From an uncultured Acidobacteriaceae bacterium (lineage in GTDB: Bacteria > Acidobacteriota > Terriglobia > Terriglobales > Acidobacteriaceae): DNA of 64,000 bases. This document shows, one piece after another, positions 1 through 9,592 of this stretch; position 1 is the stretch's first letter; the number at the start of each line of letters is the position of its first letter. Both the position numbers and the translations under genes were made by a program. The stretch is taken from NCBI GenBank assembly GCA_963831675.1, contig CAWHRM010000011.1, positions 43,754 to 107,753 of the forward strand. Direction: 5' to 3'. The notes under the pieces were generated by a model that ran no database searches, was not told the DNA's origin, and was given only the letters and a program-made list of their open reading frames with translations.

Positions 1-102
1 GTCGTGGGTGTGGGGTTACTGCTGCAACCGGCAAGGACAAGTACTAAGGAAAGCAAGAATGCCGAGAAGAATGCCGCACGCCTTTTCATTTTGTTTCTCC
101 TG

Positions 103-240
103 ACGGTTCAATACCCACGTCTGCGGGGAAGACCTCTCCACGACGGACGCGAGCGCCGTAGTAGCGACCGAACGGTTCATACCCACGTCGCGGGGAATAG
201 CTCCTCCATGGCCGGACGCGAGCGCCGTAGTCGCGACCGA
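103..240. repeat. two tandem ~69-bp units
   Basis: Unit 1 (103-171) and unit 2 (172-240) share acggttca(a)tacccacgtc(t)gcggggaa... and ...cggacgcgagcgccgtagt(a)gcgaccga. The whole unit is duplicated, not only a short core. Confidence 0.6.
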
Positions 241-456
241 GCGTAGCCAGCCCGCAGGGCGCCACAAACTTAGCCCAGGACCCTTCGACTCCGCTCAGGG
301 CAGGCTGTAAGTCCTGGGTACGCGTTGATTGTATTCCCGAGCCCCTTCAGGGGCGGCACCGGGGTTTCTCTTCAGAGGTAAGGGGTGCCTCCAGCCTTTC
401 GCCAGCCGTTGGCAAAGGCTGGGAGCGACCGCTGGTTGCGATGGGAATTCGCCCTC

Positions 457-2944
457 CTACAGCTTGTCCGCTTCCTCATCCTTTCCCAGCTCGCGAAGGA
501 GCGCAGCAAAGTTCTCGCGAACCGTGACCGTACTCGGATGGTCCGGCCCAAGAGATTTCCGGAAGATCGCCAGCGCCCGCCGCATCAGCGGCTCGGCTTC
601 GGCCACGCCGGTTCGTGTCCTGCAGCAACCGGGCCAGGTTGTTGAGGCAGATGCGCAACTTGGGATGGTCAGGGCCGTAGGACCGTTCATCAATGGCCAG
701 CGCCCGCCGCGTCAGCGACTCGGCCTCGCCCAGCCGGTTCGTGGCCTGCAGCAACTGGGCCAGGTTGTTGAGGCTTGTCGCGACGTTGGGGTGATCGGGG
801 CCGTACGCTTTCTCAAAGATCTCCAGCGTCCGCCGCATCAACGGCTCGGCCTCGCCCAGCCGGTTCGTGTCCTGCAGCAACTGGGCCAGGTTGTTGAGGC
901 TGGATCGCGACGTTGGGATGATCGGGGCCGTAGCGCCTTCTCATCAATTTCCAGGGCCCGCCGCATCAACGGCTCGGCCTCGCCCAGCCGGTTCGTGGCC
1001 TGCAGCAACTGGGCCAGGTTGTTGAGGCTGGTAGCAACATTGGGATGCTCGGGCCCGTAGGCCTTCTCATCAATTTCGCAGCGCCCGCCGCATCAGCGGC
1101 TCGGCCTCGCCCAGCCGGTTCGTGGCCTGCAGCAACTGGGCCAGGTTGTTGAGGTCAATGGCGACATCGGGATGGTCGGATCCGTAGGCCTGCTCATCAA
1201 TTTCCAGCGCCCGCCGGTACAGCGGCTCGGCCTCCGCATAGCGTGCGCGCTCCTACAAATAACATCCCGCCTGATTCAGCAGCCGTGCCGCCTCGGGAAA
1301 TGACAAGCCATACTCGTCCACCAGCGCCGCGCAAACCTGCGCGCTCGGTACCAGCCGCTCGCACTTGTCCCAGGTTCAAACTCGAAGAGAGGGGAACGCC
1401 GCCTTCACCGCGCGCACCACCTGCTCCGCCCGCTTCGCTTGCTCCTCGGCGCTCAGGCACGACTTCGCCACCGCTTGCACCATACGATGCACGGCGAGCA
1501 CTTTACCCGGCTTCCGCTCTATCAGGGAGAATTTGAAAGCAGCGGCTATGGCTTCATCCCACTGGATTGGATCGGAAGCAGCCTCCCGCAAAACCTGACC
1601 AAACTCTGCCGCGCCTTTGGTGAAGATTTCTTCGGGAATCGCGTCCGGCTACCAGAAATGCCGTCGCCTTCATCAGCTCCGCGGCGCCCTGGTTTTGCTT
1701 CGCCAGCTTTTCGAACGAGGTCAGGTATGTGGCGGCCACGGAAAGGTGGTCGGCATCCAGCCCGCCGCGCCGCGCCGCCAGTTCCTTGAATCGCTCGCGC
1801 AGCAGCTTCGAGTAATCTTCGAGTTCGCTGCCTGTCTCTTCCAGGTACGCCCCGGCCTGGTCCAGCGCCAGCGGCAGCCCACCCACTTCCTCGGAAATCT
1901 GCCGCGCCAGCGCGGCATCGTTTGGGTCGGCGGCTGAGAGAGGCGCGTCCGCCGCCAGCCGGTTCGCCCGCAGCAGGAGCAGCAGGGCACCCTGCTCGTG
2001 GTCCATCGGCGATAGTTTCTGCCGCCCGATCGTTCCGAGTGCCGAACGTCTGCGTGGTGATAACCACGTGATGCCCGTTCGCGCTTGCCTTGCGAGCCAG
2101 GTCGCGAACCACTGCGTAATCTTCCACGTTGTCGAGGACCAGCAGCCAGCCCTCATGCTCGTCCAGCCATCGCTTCGTGGCCTCGACGGCGACACTCTGA
2201 TCTTTTTCGCTGCTCTCGGCTAACCCCAGACGCCCGGCCATCTGCGACAGATCGGCGAACAGCGTCTCCTGGCTCTCCGCTCTTCACCCACAGCACTGCC
2301 GCGTAATCCTTGCGATGATGATGGGCATATTGCGCCGCCGTTTGTGTCTTCCCCATCCCGCCCAGCCCCGTCAGCGCATAGATGCCGCTCTTGTCCAGGT
2401 TCTTCTTCATCTCATCCAGCGCCTCCTTCCGCCCGGTGAAAAACGGATTCTCCGGTAGAGGCACGGTGAAGAGTGGCTTTGTTGGCTTGGAGGGCGGATT
2501 GTATGGCCGCCCCGGAGATGTGCCCTTAATACCGGAAATCAGGCGGTGCAAAGCATCGCGATCATCGAGGCTGTCTTTGAATTGGACCCAGGTCCGCAAC
2601 TCGAGGAAATTGTCGACCAGCGATTGATCTCCGCCGGGCAAGATGACGGGGATCACTCGGAAGCTCGGTTCCCTCGTCTGGCGGTTGAGGGCCCGCTGAA
2701 TTTCCTGGCTAAACCATCCGGCGGGAGTCTTTTTCCCAATGCAGACCGCGCAAGAGCCGGCTTCCGCGAGTGCTCTTGCCAGTCCCTGCTCCCACTGCTC
2801 TCCCGGAACCAGAACCCACTTGTCGAGCCAGACCTGAAGTCGGCCTTCATCTTCCAGCAGGGTGCCGAGTTTCTCGACCACGTCAGCGTCGACATGGTTG
2901 TGGCTAAGAAACACGTCAAATAGCTTTTGTTGATTGTCATGCAC
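457..2944 (-). pseudogene. TIR-NB-ARC-TPR STAND NTPase (bacterial NLR/Avs-like), disrupted
   Basis: The N-terminus (ORF 2153..2944) has a TIR-like FDVFLSHNHVDADVVEKLG...WVLVPGEQW followed by P-loop GLGGMGKTQTAAQYA. Walker B LLVLDNVED sits in ORF 1546..2241 and the NB-ARC GLPL motif GGLPLALDQAGAYL in ORF 1554..2195. TPR_10/12-type repeats (LNNLAQLLQATNRLGEAEPLMRRAL) occur in ORFs 476..880 and 457..693. The protein can only be followed by switching frame at about 2277, 2050, 1650, 1385 and several points in 600-1090. An in-frame TAG lies at 1255..1253 inside ...LNQAGCYL*ERARYAEAEPLY. Confidence 0.8.
560..1240. repeat. near-identical 126-bp tandem repeats (TPR-coding units) with extra bases
   Basis: The anchor ccgccgcatca(g/a)cggctcggc recurs with its cat (or equivalent) triplet at 583, 710, 836, 964, 1091 and 1217. 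Spacings are 127, 126, 128, 127 and 126 bp, so three of the five intervals carry 1-2 bases beyond the 42-codon unit. Confidence 0.85.
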
Positions 2945-3041
2945 TGGCGCACGTCCTGGAACCGCGTGGTAATAGTAGCGTGGGCCAGAAGCAGCGTCGA
3001 TAGTTTTTCCTTCGCCTGCGTGGGGCGAACGGATCGCGCCT

Positions 3042-3400
3042 CCACGACCCCAGCGCCGCAGGCGCGGAAGAGCTTAGCCCAGCGCTTCAGCGCTGGGTAG
3101 GTGTGAAGCGAAAATCGTGTGCCGTAGGCACGGCAGAGCCGCCTGCGCGGAGCCATGGCACAACGCGAGGTTTGTTGTGGCACCCAGGAAGTTCCACGAC
3201 CCCAGCGCCGCAGGCGCGACAGAGCTTAGCCCAGCGCTTCAGCGCTGGGTAGGTGCGAAGAGAAAATCGAGTGCCGTAGGCACGGCAGAGTCACCGTCTG
3301 ACCAGGAGCCGATCATGATTGCGCCGAGCCATGGCACAACGCGAGGTTTGTTGTGGCACCCAGGAAGTTCCACGACCCCAGCGCCGCAGGCGCGAAGGAG
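3042..3400. repeat. tandem composite repeat (units of 152 and 176 bp plus a partial third)
   Basis: ccacgaccccagcgccgcaggcgcg starts at 3042, 3194 and 3370. Each unit carries cttagcccagcgc-ttca-gcgctgggtagg (hairpins 3078-3097 and 3230-3249), gtgccgtaggcac (3119-3131 and a second copy) and gagccatggcacaacgcgaggtttgttgtggcacccaggaagtt. Confidence 0.85.
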
Positions 3401-3499
3401 CTTAGTCCGCACGAACCGCGAAACAACCAGTCCAGGACGTCAGCATCTGTGTGAGAACTGCGCTTTGTTTGCGGCAGGGGAATGGACTCCCAAACCAAC

Positions 3500-3775
3500 C
3501 AGCCCCGCAGGGGCGACATTAGTTTAGCCCAGCACGCAGCCGAAGGCGGAGTGCTGGGTAAAGTAGGAAAGATGACTGAGCCCCTTCAGGGGCGGCACCT
3601 CAAACGGACGGCACGGATTAAGATGCCGATGTGGCCCCATGTGCCGTCCTGACCCTGGAGCACGGGCTTTAGCTCCGGTTCGCTGGGAAGCGGAGTTGCG
3701 CCCGGCTGGGAAGGGGCGCGGCTTTAGCCGCGCCGTAAGGACAGCAATAAAGCTGCGGCTTTAAGCCGCTGAGGG
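3500..3775. repeat. cluster of short GC-rich hairpin modules
   Basis: The hairpins are gcccc-gcag-gggc (3502-3514), cccagcac...gtgctggg (3528-3558), gcccc-ttca-ggggc (3580-3593), ggcgcggc-ttta-gccgcgcc (3715-3734) and gcggc-tttaa-gccgc (3755-3769). Confidence 0.8.
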
Positions 3776-4014
3776 AAGCCCTCATTGAGTCTCGACTTAT
3801 GACACAAATTTGCGGGACGCAACCCTAGTAACGAGACAGGGACAGAGAAGGCCCTCCGCTTTGGCTGTGCGGCGCTGGCGTGGTGTCCGTGCGGCGTCGG
3901 CTGGCGAGAGGAGATAAAGGATGAGACGAGGTATTCGGGCAAGGGCAACGCGATGAAGCGGAGCTACACCATGAGCAGCCGGAAATCAAGGAATCTCAAG
4001 GGCCATACGCCTCT

Positions 4015-4071
4015 GGCTACTGACAACTGGCTACTGGCAACGGGCAACTGGGCAACTGACCACTGGCTACT
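4015..4071. repeat. degenerate heptanucleotide tandem tract (GGCWACT-like, about 8 units)
   Basis: The tract reads ggctact gacaact ggctact ggcaacg ggcaact gggcaact gaccact ggctact. Confidence 0.8.
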
Positions 4072-4743
4072 AAGCCTTTGGGGCTCAATAATTTGCGGGG
4101 AATTTTTGCCTAACTCGTTGATTCCAGGTAGCACGCAGGGAGGGAGGAGTAATCAACTCGACAATGGTCAGGTGCCCGAGACGGGGAGGCAGAAGATAGT
4201 AGCCCGTGCTGGTAACGTCTGGTCCCGGACCGAGGCGGCGACCATGATCATCCAATACCAACTTCACGCCCGGTGGTTATCGCTGGATTTGGCCTTGGGA
4301 GAGTGCTCCGCCCAGCCTGATTTACAACTTTTGTTGCACAAAAAACGGTTGCATATTTGGACTCGAAGCGTTGACCAAACCCCTTGCTGTACGTCACTTA
4401 CCCCGTATCAAGGTAGGTACCTCAAAGGGCAGAGAATGAGTCTCAAGGTTGCATCAAAGGTGCCGATATGTAAGGATATAACCATCCGGTTAAATGGATG
4501 CGGGTGAGTAGGCCTTGGAGTTGGCAAGGGCCAGGGGAACCGACCCTCCGCCAGAAGCCAAGGTTCTGCCACCAGGTGGTAGAAAGTAGGAATTCAGTAC
4601 GTCGGCCGAGTGGTACGTGTTCTGCATTTTTACTTACAGCACTCGCAGGAATTAGGAGTTCCAGCCCGATTGCATGACCGGTATGACAGAAGCGAAGCCT
4701 GGGAAACCCAGGATGGGCGAGTCGTCCGGGGCGAGATGCAACG

Positions 4744-5418
4744 ATGGCGGGAAAAAATCTAAGAGATCTTACAGGAGATAAGTCAGTGAAGAACAAGTTG
4801 GTTTTGTTGCTTGGGTTCGTATTTTTGCTCAGCATGACAGCGTTCGCGCAGGACGAATACCCCAAATTCGAAGTCCCGGTGGGTTTTTCGTTCGTTAACG
4901 TTCACCCCAATGTGTCGCCTATCACCAGCTTCAACGTTTTCGGCGGCGGCGGTGGGTTTGTTTACAACGTGGCGCCTTGGATCGGCATTAAGGCCGATTT
5001 CTTTGGCTACACTCAGGGCAGCGGCCTCAAGAACCAGATCAAGAACCTGAACCTGCCTCAGTATTACAACGTGAACGGCAACGTGTTCACCTACATGTTC
5101 GGACCGCAGATCAAGAAGCACTCCGGGAAGTTTCAGCCCTTCGGAGAAGCCCTGTTCGGCGCGGCCCACACCAATGCGTATGCTTCGATTCTGAACAATT
5201 TGAACCAGGTTCAGAGTGGTAGCGGAAGCAACAACGGGTTCGCCATGGAGTTTGGCGGCGGCCTCGATATTCCGGTCGGAAAGAACATCCAGATCCGGCC
5301 CGTCGAAGTGGACTATCTGTACACCCACTTCGGCTCGAATCACATTGCCGGCTACTCCACCAGCCAGAACAACTTCAAGTACGTGGCCGGCTTCAATTTC
5401 GTCTTCGGCGGAAAGTAA
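4744..5418 (+). CDS. outer-membrane beta-barrel protein (OmpW/OMP_b-brl-like porin family)
   Basis: Signal peptide KNKLVLLLGFVFLLSMTAFAQ, alternating beta-strand pattern, and an aromatic C-terminus ...FKYVAGFNFVFGGK. The true start may be the internal GTG at 4786 (VKNKLV...). Confidence 0.75.
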   Translation: MAGKNLRDLTGDKSVKNKLVLLLGFVFLLSMTAFAQDEYPKFEVPVGFSFVNVHPNVSPITSFNVFGGGGGFVYNVAPWIGIKADFFGYTQGSGLKNQIKNLNLPQYYNVNGNVFTYMFGPQIKKHSGKFQPFGEALFGAAHTNAYASILNNLNQVQSGSGSNNGFAMEFGGGLDIPVGKNIQIRPVEVDYLYTHFGSNHIAGYSTSQNNFKYVAGFNFVFGGK

Positions 5419-5457
5419 GCAGCACCGCGGAAGAATACCACTCGTGACGTAATCCTG

Positions 5458-5492
5458 CTGGCGTCGCCCAAGTGGCGGCGCCAGTGGTGTTT
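5458..5492 (+). terminator. putative rho-independent terminator after the OMP gene
   Basis: Stem ctggcgtcgcc / ggcggcgccag (one G-U pair), loop caagt, followed by tggtgttt. Confidence 0.4.
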
Positions 5493-5923
5493 ACGGGCGA
5501 TTTCGGGTTTTCCAGGCAAAGTATCAAGACCACTGCCGACCTCCGCCAATGTGGTATTCGGCAAATCGCCTCATCGTGAGATAATTTCTGGGTTCTCCCT
5601 GAGCCGATTCCCGTGGTGTTGCCGCAACACGCCGATGCTGCAAGTTGCAGCCAGACGATCTCTGCGCTGCAGGATGACAATCGACGGATCAGTGGTTGGG
5701 AACTCAACGACTCACTGATAGAGTTGATCGTTCCGGCATGAACAGCGTTGGGTTTAGCGTTAAGGAAGCAATATCCGGCGGTGGTTCGCTCGGACCGACG
5801 GAGCGCCACAGTCCGCCTTGGTTCGGTCCGTGAGAGGCGCGCAAAGCGCCGTGGTGCAAGTATTGTCCTCGCTGGCCCGGCCTCCCGGTCTTGCGAAGAA
5901 AGTGGTTGATTCGATGCAGAATA

Positions 5924-8289
5924 TCGAACTGCGCAAGCTGTCGACGATTTCCCTCTCTCTGTTCCTGCTGGTCTTGTTCTCGGCAGTCCTGAGCTGGGCT
6001 CAGGATCCGGGATGGCCACGCCAGATCACCAAGCCAGGCGGGAAGCTAGTCCTTTACCAGCCGCAGGTTGACGACTGGAAGGACTACAAGCAGGTGGATG
6101 CGCGCATGGCCTTCACCCTGACGCCGACCGGCGGCAAGAGCCATGTCGGCGTGGTGAGCGTCCAGACTGCAGTCCGCAGTGAACATGGACGACCACACCG
6201 TCTTCCTCAGCAATCCGCAGGTCACGAAAATCGATTTCCCATCGCTTGACCCGGCCACCACCGCTCAGATGGACCAGCTGATGAAGGACATTCCTCAACC
6301 CGGCGGCAACCATGACGATCTCGCTGGATCGGCTGGTGGCCAGCGTGAAGAAAACAAAGACGCCACCCGTCGCTCCGGTCAACAACGATCCGCCCGTCAT
6401 CTTCATCAGCATGCGCCCGGCGATCCTGTTGCTGGTGAATGGCGCAGCCACCCTGGCGCCGATCGCCAACTCGAATTTGCAGTTCGTGGTGAATGCCAAC
6501 TGGCCGTTGTTCGTTGAGAAGTCTAGTTCCACCTACTACCTGTTCGACGGCAAGGGCTGGCTTACCTGTCCCAGCCTGGAAGGCAGCTGGACGCCCACGA
6601 ACCAGTTGCCCAAAGCAGATGTCGAAGGTGCTCGGCGAATCCGAATTTCACCAGCCTGAAGGGGTTCATTCCGCCGCCACCGGGCAGCGCCGCCAGTTTT
6701 CCGACGGTGTATTACAGCGCGACGCCGGCTGAGATCGTCGTTTTCGGCGGTCAACCGCAGTGGACAGCGATTACCGGGCACGCAACTGTCTTATGCGTCG
6801 AACACCGATAGCACGGTGTTCAAGTACACGCCCACGGGAGCGTTTTACTACCTGACCTCGGGCCGCTGGTTCACCTCCACCAGTCCGCGCTCGGGCCGTG
6901 GACCTTCGCCACCTACACCTTGCCTCCGGATTTCGCTAAGATTCCTCTCAGCAGTCCTGCCGGAAGAGTGCTGGCGTCGGTGCCGGGAACGCCGGAAGCA
7001 GAAGATGCGGTGCTGATCGCGCAGATTCCGACGACCGTCAACGGTGAATGCCGCGCAGGCAGCCAAGGAGGTCAAGGTCTCCTACGTTGGCCAGCCGCAG
7101 TTCCAGCCGATCGAAGGCACGACCATGCTGTACGCGGTCAACACGCCCAACAAGGTGATCCAGGTCGGCACCGCAGTATTACTTGTGCTATCAGGGTGTG
7201 TGGTTCGTCTCCTTCAGTTCGCAGGGACCATGGCAGGTGGCGCAGACCGTACCCCAGGTCATCTACACCATTCCACCCAGTTCGCCGGTGTACAACGTGA
7301 CTTACGTAACCCAGGTGCCGGCGTCGGACGGCAGCGTTACCGCCAGCTACACCGCGGGATACATGGGAGCATTCATCATGGGCGCCACGGTCGGGGCCAT
7401 CGTCGCCAGCGGCACCGGTTACTACTATCCGCCCTATGTGTATGGCGGCTATTACTATCCCTACGCCGCCACCTACGGCTATCACACCTACAATCCGTAT
7501 ACCGGAGCCTACGGTTACGGAGGCGCGGCTTACGGACCGTACGGCAGCGCTCACTGGGGAACGTCCTACAACCCGAACACCGGCACCTATGCTCGCGGAG
7601 CCACTGCGTCAACCGCCTATGGCAGCCGCGCCGTCGGTCAAGCCTACAACCCCTATACCGGGGCCTATGGCGCCACCCGCCAGGGCTCCAACGCCTACGG
7701 ATCGTGGGGACAGTCGGTGTACAGCAAGAATGGGCAAGACCGCCTACACGCAGCATGCCAGCAACGCGTATGGTTCGGTGGGAACCGTGCAGACCTCGCA
7801 GCGGCGGCAAGGCCGCCGCCAGCAGCACGGCCAACGGCAACACTGCGGTCGGGCAAGACTTCCAGCGGTGACATGTATGCCGGGCACGACGGCAATGTCT
7901 ACAAGAACACCGGCTCCGGCTGGCAGAAGTACGACAACGGCAGCTGGAACAATGTGCAAAAGCCAACCACATCTTCGGCACAGAGTTACAACCAGCAACA
8001 TCCCACAAGCACAAATCCCAACTACTCGGCTGACCAGCAGAAGGCCCAGAGCTACAACCAGCAGCGTCCATCGGGTACGAGCGGGTACAGCAAGCCGAGT
8101 GGCGGGTCCTCCTATGGTGACTTGAACCAGGAGGCACAAGATCGCCAGCGAGGCGCCGAGCAGAGCCAGCGCTTCTCGCAGTATCAGCACTCCGGTGGCT
8201 GGGGTGGGGGCGGCGGCGACCGCTGGGGTGGCGGCGGTGGTGACCGCTGGGGCGGTGGCGGTGGTCGGAGTGGGGGCGGCAGGCGGTAG
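5924..8289 (+). pseudogene. large conserved secreted protein with Gly/Tyr-rich C-terminal half; many frameshifts
   Basis: Starts MQNIELRKLSTISLSLFLLVLFSAVLSWAQ (signal peptide). The protein continues through ORF-track pieces 5818..6249, 6179..6517, 6312..6659, 6493..6732, 6816..7016, 6920..7300, 7044..7871 and 7183..8289. Three further compensating shifts fall inside 7735-7860 (GKTAYTQHASNAYGSVGTVQTSQ, then GGKAAASSTANGNTAVG, then SGDMYAGHDGNVYKNTG). It ends in GGWGGGGGDRWGGGGGDRWGGGGG. Confidence 0.7.
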
Positions 8290-8370
8290 CTCCTGCTCGA
8301 CGCTTCCCGCGTTCACGGCTGGGAAAGAACTCGGTGTGAAGCGATCAACATAGAACTTCCGGAGGATTTC

Positions 8371-8511
8371 ATGAAAGCCAGAGTCTTAGCCATCAGCGCT
8401 GTTTTGCTGCAGGTTGCGGCCCCGGTCTTCGCCCAACAGGTGTCGGTCAATTACAACTAAATGGTGGAAAAAGCTGTCCAGAAGATGTTCAAGCAGTGGC
8501 CGAAGAACTAG
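8371..8511 (+). pseudogene. internal-deletion remnant of a DUF4136-family gene
   Basis: A GGAGG precedes the ATG at 8371. MKARVLAISAVLLQVAAPVFAQQVSVNYN is followed by TAA (8458-8460) and then, in frame, MVEKAVQKMFKQWPKN-stop. The N-terminus resembles the signal peptide and first strand of the neighbouring DUF4136 protein. The tail resembles that protein's C-terminus (NNAISKMFKDYPPKS). Confidence 0.55.
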
Positions 8512-8589
8512 CAGGTTGCAGTCGCACTGTGAGCGTTCTGTATCAGGGCACGATTTTAGAGGCTGCGGAAAAAGTCTTCGGGCCAGAGG

Positions 8590-8769
8590 GTTCGGGTAGT
8601 GCGGCGCTTCAGCGCCGCGTGAAGTGAGTAACTTTGAAACGGCCTTTAGGCCTGGGGACATCGGATGAAAGCTCTTGAATGAAAGGCTTCGGACGAGGTA
8701 CCTCAGGGGCTGAAGCCCTCTTTCAGGAACTGCGATTGACGCGGGCCTGAAGGCCCGCACTACCCGAAC
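8590..8769. repeat. MITE-like composite bounded by 15-bp inverted repeats
   Basis: gttcgggtagtgcgg (8590-8604) is the exact reverse complement of ccgcactacccgaac (8755-8769). Hairpins ggcgc-ttca-gcgcc, ggcc-ttta-ggcc, ggggc-tgaa-gcccc and gcgggcc-tgaa-ggcccgc lie in or next to the two terminal arms. Confidence 0.7.
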
Positions 8770-8881
8770 AGCAGGCAACTTGGACTTTTCAGCACCCTGC
8801 TGGGGAACTCGGTAGAGCCGGAGTTCTAACGGATCGTTGATGGTTCGCGGCTGTCTCTATTTTCTCATGGTGGAGTGATGC

Positions 8882-9460
8882 ATGATTTGGTTCAACGCAA
8901 ACCGGTCTTTCGTTCGCGCCTTGCCGGCATTCCTACTCGTCCTCATCCTTTCTTTCTCCGCACAGGCGCAGAAGGTCCACGTCGCGGTTCCCGACAAGAG
9001 CGTTGATTTCTCCAAATTCAAGACCTACTCCTGGGAGCCGATTGGTGCGGTCGCCCATCCCATGCTCGCGGCTGACATCGTCGGAGCGGTCGAAGAGCAG
9101 ATGAAAGCCAAGGGGCTTCAGCTCGTCCCCAGTAATCCAGACCTGGTCATTAAGATGTACGGCTCGATCGACCAGGAAACCACGGCGTACTCGAATGATC
9201 CGCTGTATGGCGCGACTGGCGGCATTCCACCCTTCGATCCAAGCCTGTCGGGACCAGCCCTGGTTGGAACCTGGGGAAACACGACTGTGACCATCCACAA
9301 AGGGGAGTTAGTGGTCGATCTGCTTGATCCTGCTGCCAAGAAGCTGGTGTGGCGCGGGATAGCCCAGGATAATCTTTCCGCCCACGACAAGGACAAGCTG
9401 CTGGACCAGGTCAACAACGCGATTAGCAAGATGTTTAAGGATTATCCGCCCAAGTCTTAG
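8882..9460 (+). CDS. DUF4136 domain-containing secreted/lipoprotein-like protein
   Basis: Signal peptide FLLVLILSFSAQAQ, VDFSKFKTYSWEP near the N-terminus, and a C-terminal ...LVWRGIAQDNLS...AISKMFKDYPPKS, all typical of the family. Confidence 0.75.
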   Translation: MIWFNANRSFVRALPAFLLVLILSFSAQAQKVHVAVPDKSVDFSKFKTYSWEPIGAVAHPMLAADIVGAVEEQMKAKGLQLVPSNPDLVIKMYGSIDQETTAYSNDPLYGATGGIPPFDPSLSGPALVGTWGNTTVTIHKGELVVDLLDPAAKKLVWRGIAQDNLSAHDKDKLLDQVNNAISKMFKDYPPKS

Positions 9461-9592
9461 GCGTATCGGAAGTAGCATTGCGCAGCCCGGCCCAGGCAGC
9501 GTATAAGACCCACATCCAACCACAAGCAGGCGGGAATGCAGTCGTGATTTCCGGCAACCCCGCGCTGTCGATTTCGGAAAGGGCTGCGCGGT

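Noticed and set aside
103-240. CRISPR-like appearance. ggttca(a)tacccacgtc(t)gcggggaa resembles the reverse complement of type I-E-like repeats (…ccccgc…ggg…) and recurs about 69 bp apart.
   Set aside because: Only two copies exist and the period is 69 bp rather than about 61. The supposed spacers are themselves near-identical (cggacgcgagcgccgtagt(a)gcgaccga), so this is a plain tandem duplication. No cas genes are in the window.
2653-3527. ORFs 2653..3183(-), 3117..3527(+) and 3313..3519(-) spanning the repeat cluster.
   Set aside because: They are translations of the hairpin and tandem repeat modules (…LSPALQRWV…, …CRRHGRA…) and overlap the TIR gene start. There are no coding signatures.
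3814-3825. gggacgcaaccc resembles the GGGACGCAAAGCC core of c-di-GMP-I (GEMM) riboswitches.
   Set aside because: The upstream half of the aptamer (…CACAGGGCAAAC…) and the pairing partners are not present. It is an isolated 12-mer match only.
4334-4353. A sigma54-like promoter, ttgcac-N9-ttgca.
   Set aside because: It lacks the invariant GG of TGGCAC, and the spacing to TTGCA is 9 nt instead of about 5.
3953-4507. A 184-aa ORF in the otherwise empty region upstream of the OMP gene.
   Set aside because: Its N-terminal third is the translation of the heptamer tract (LATDNWLLATGNWATDHWLL). The rest has no motif, no Shine-Dalgarno sequence and atypical composition.
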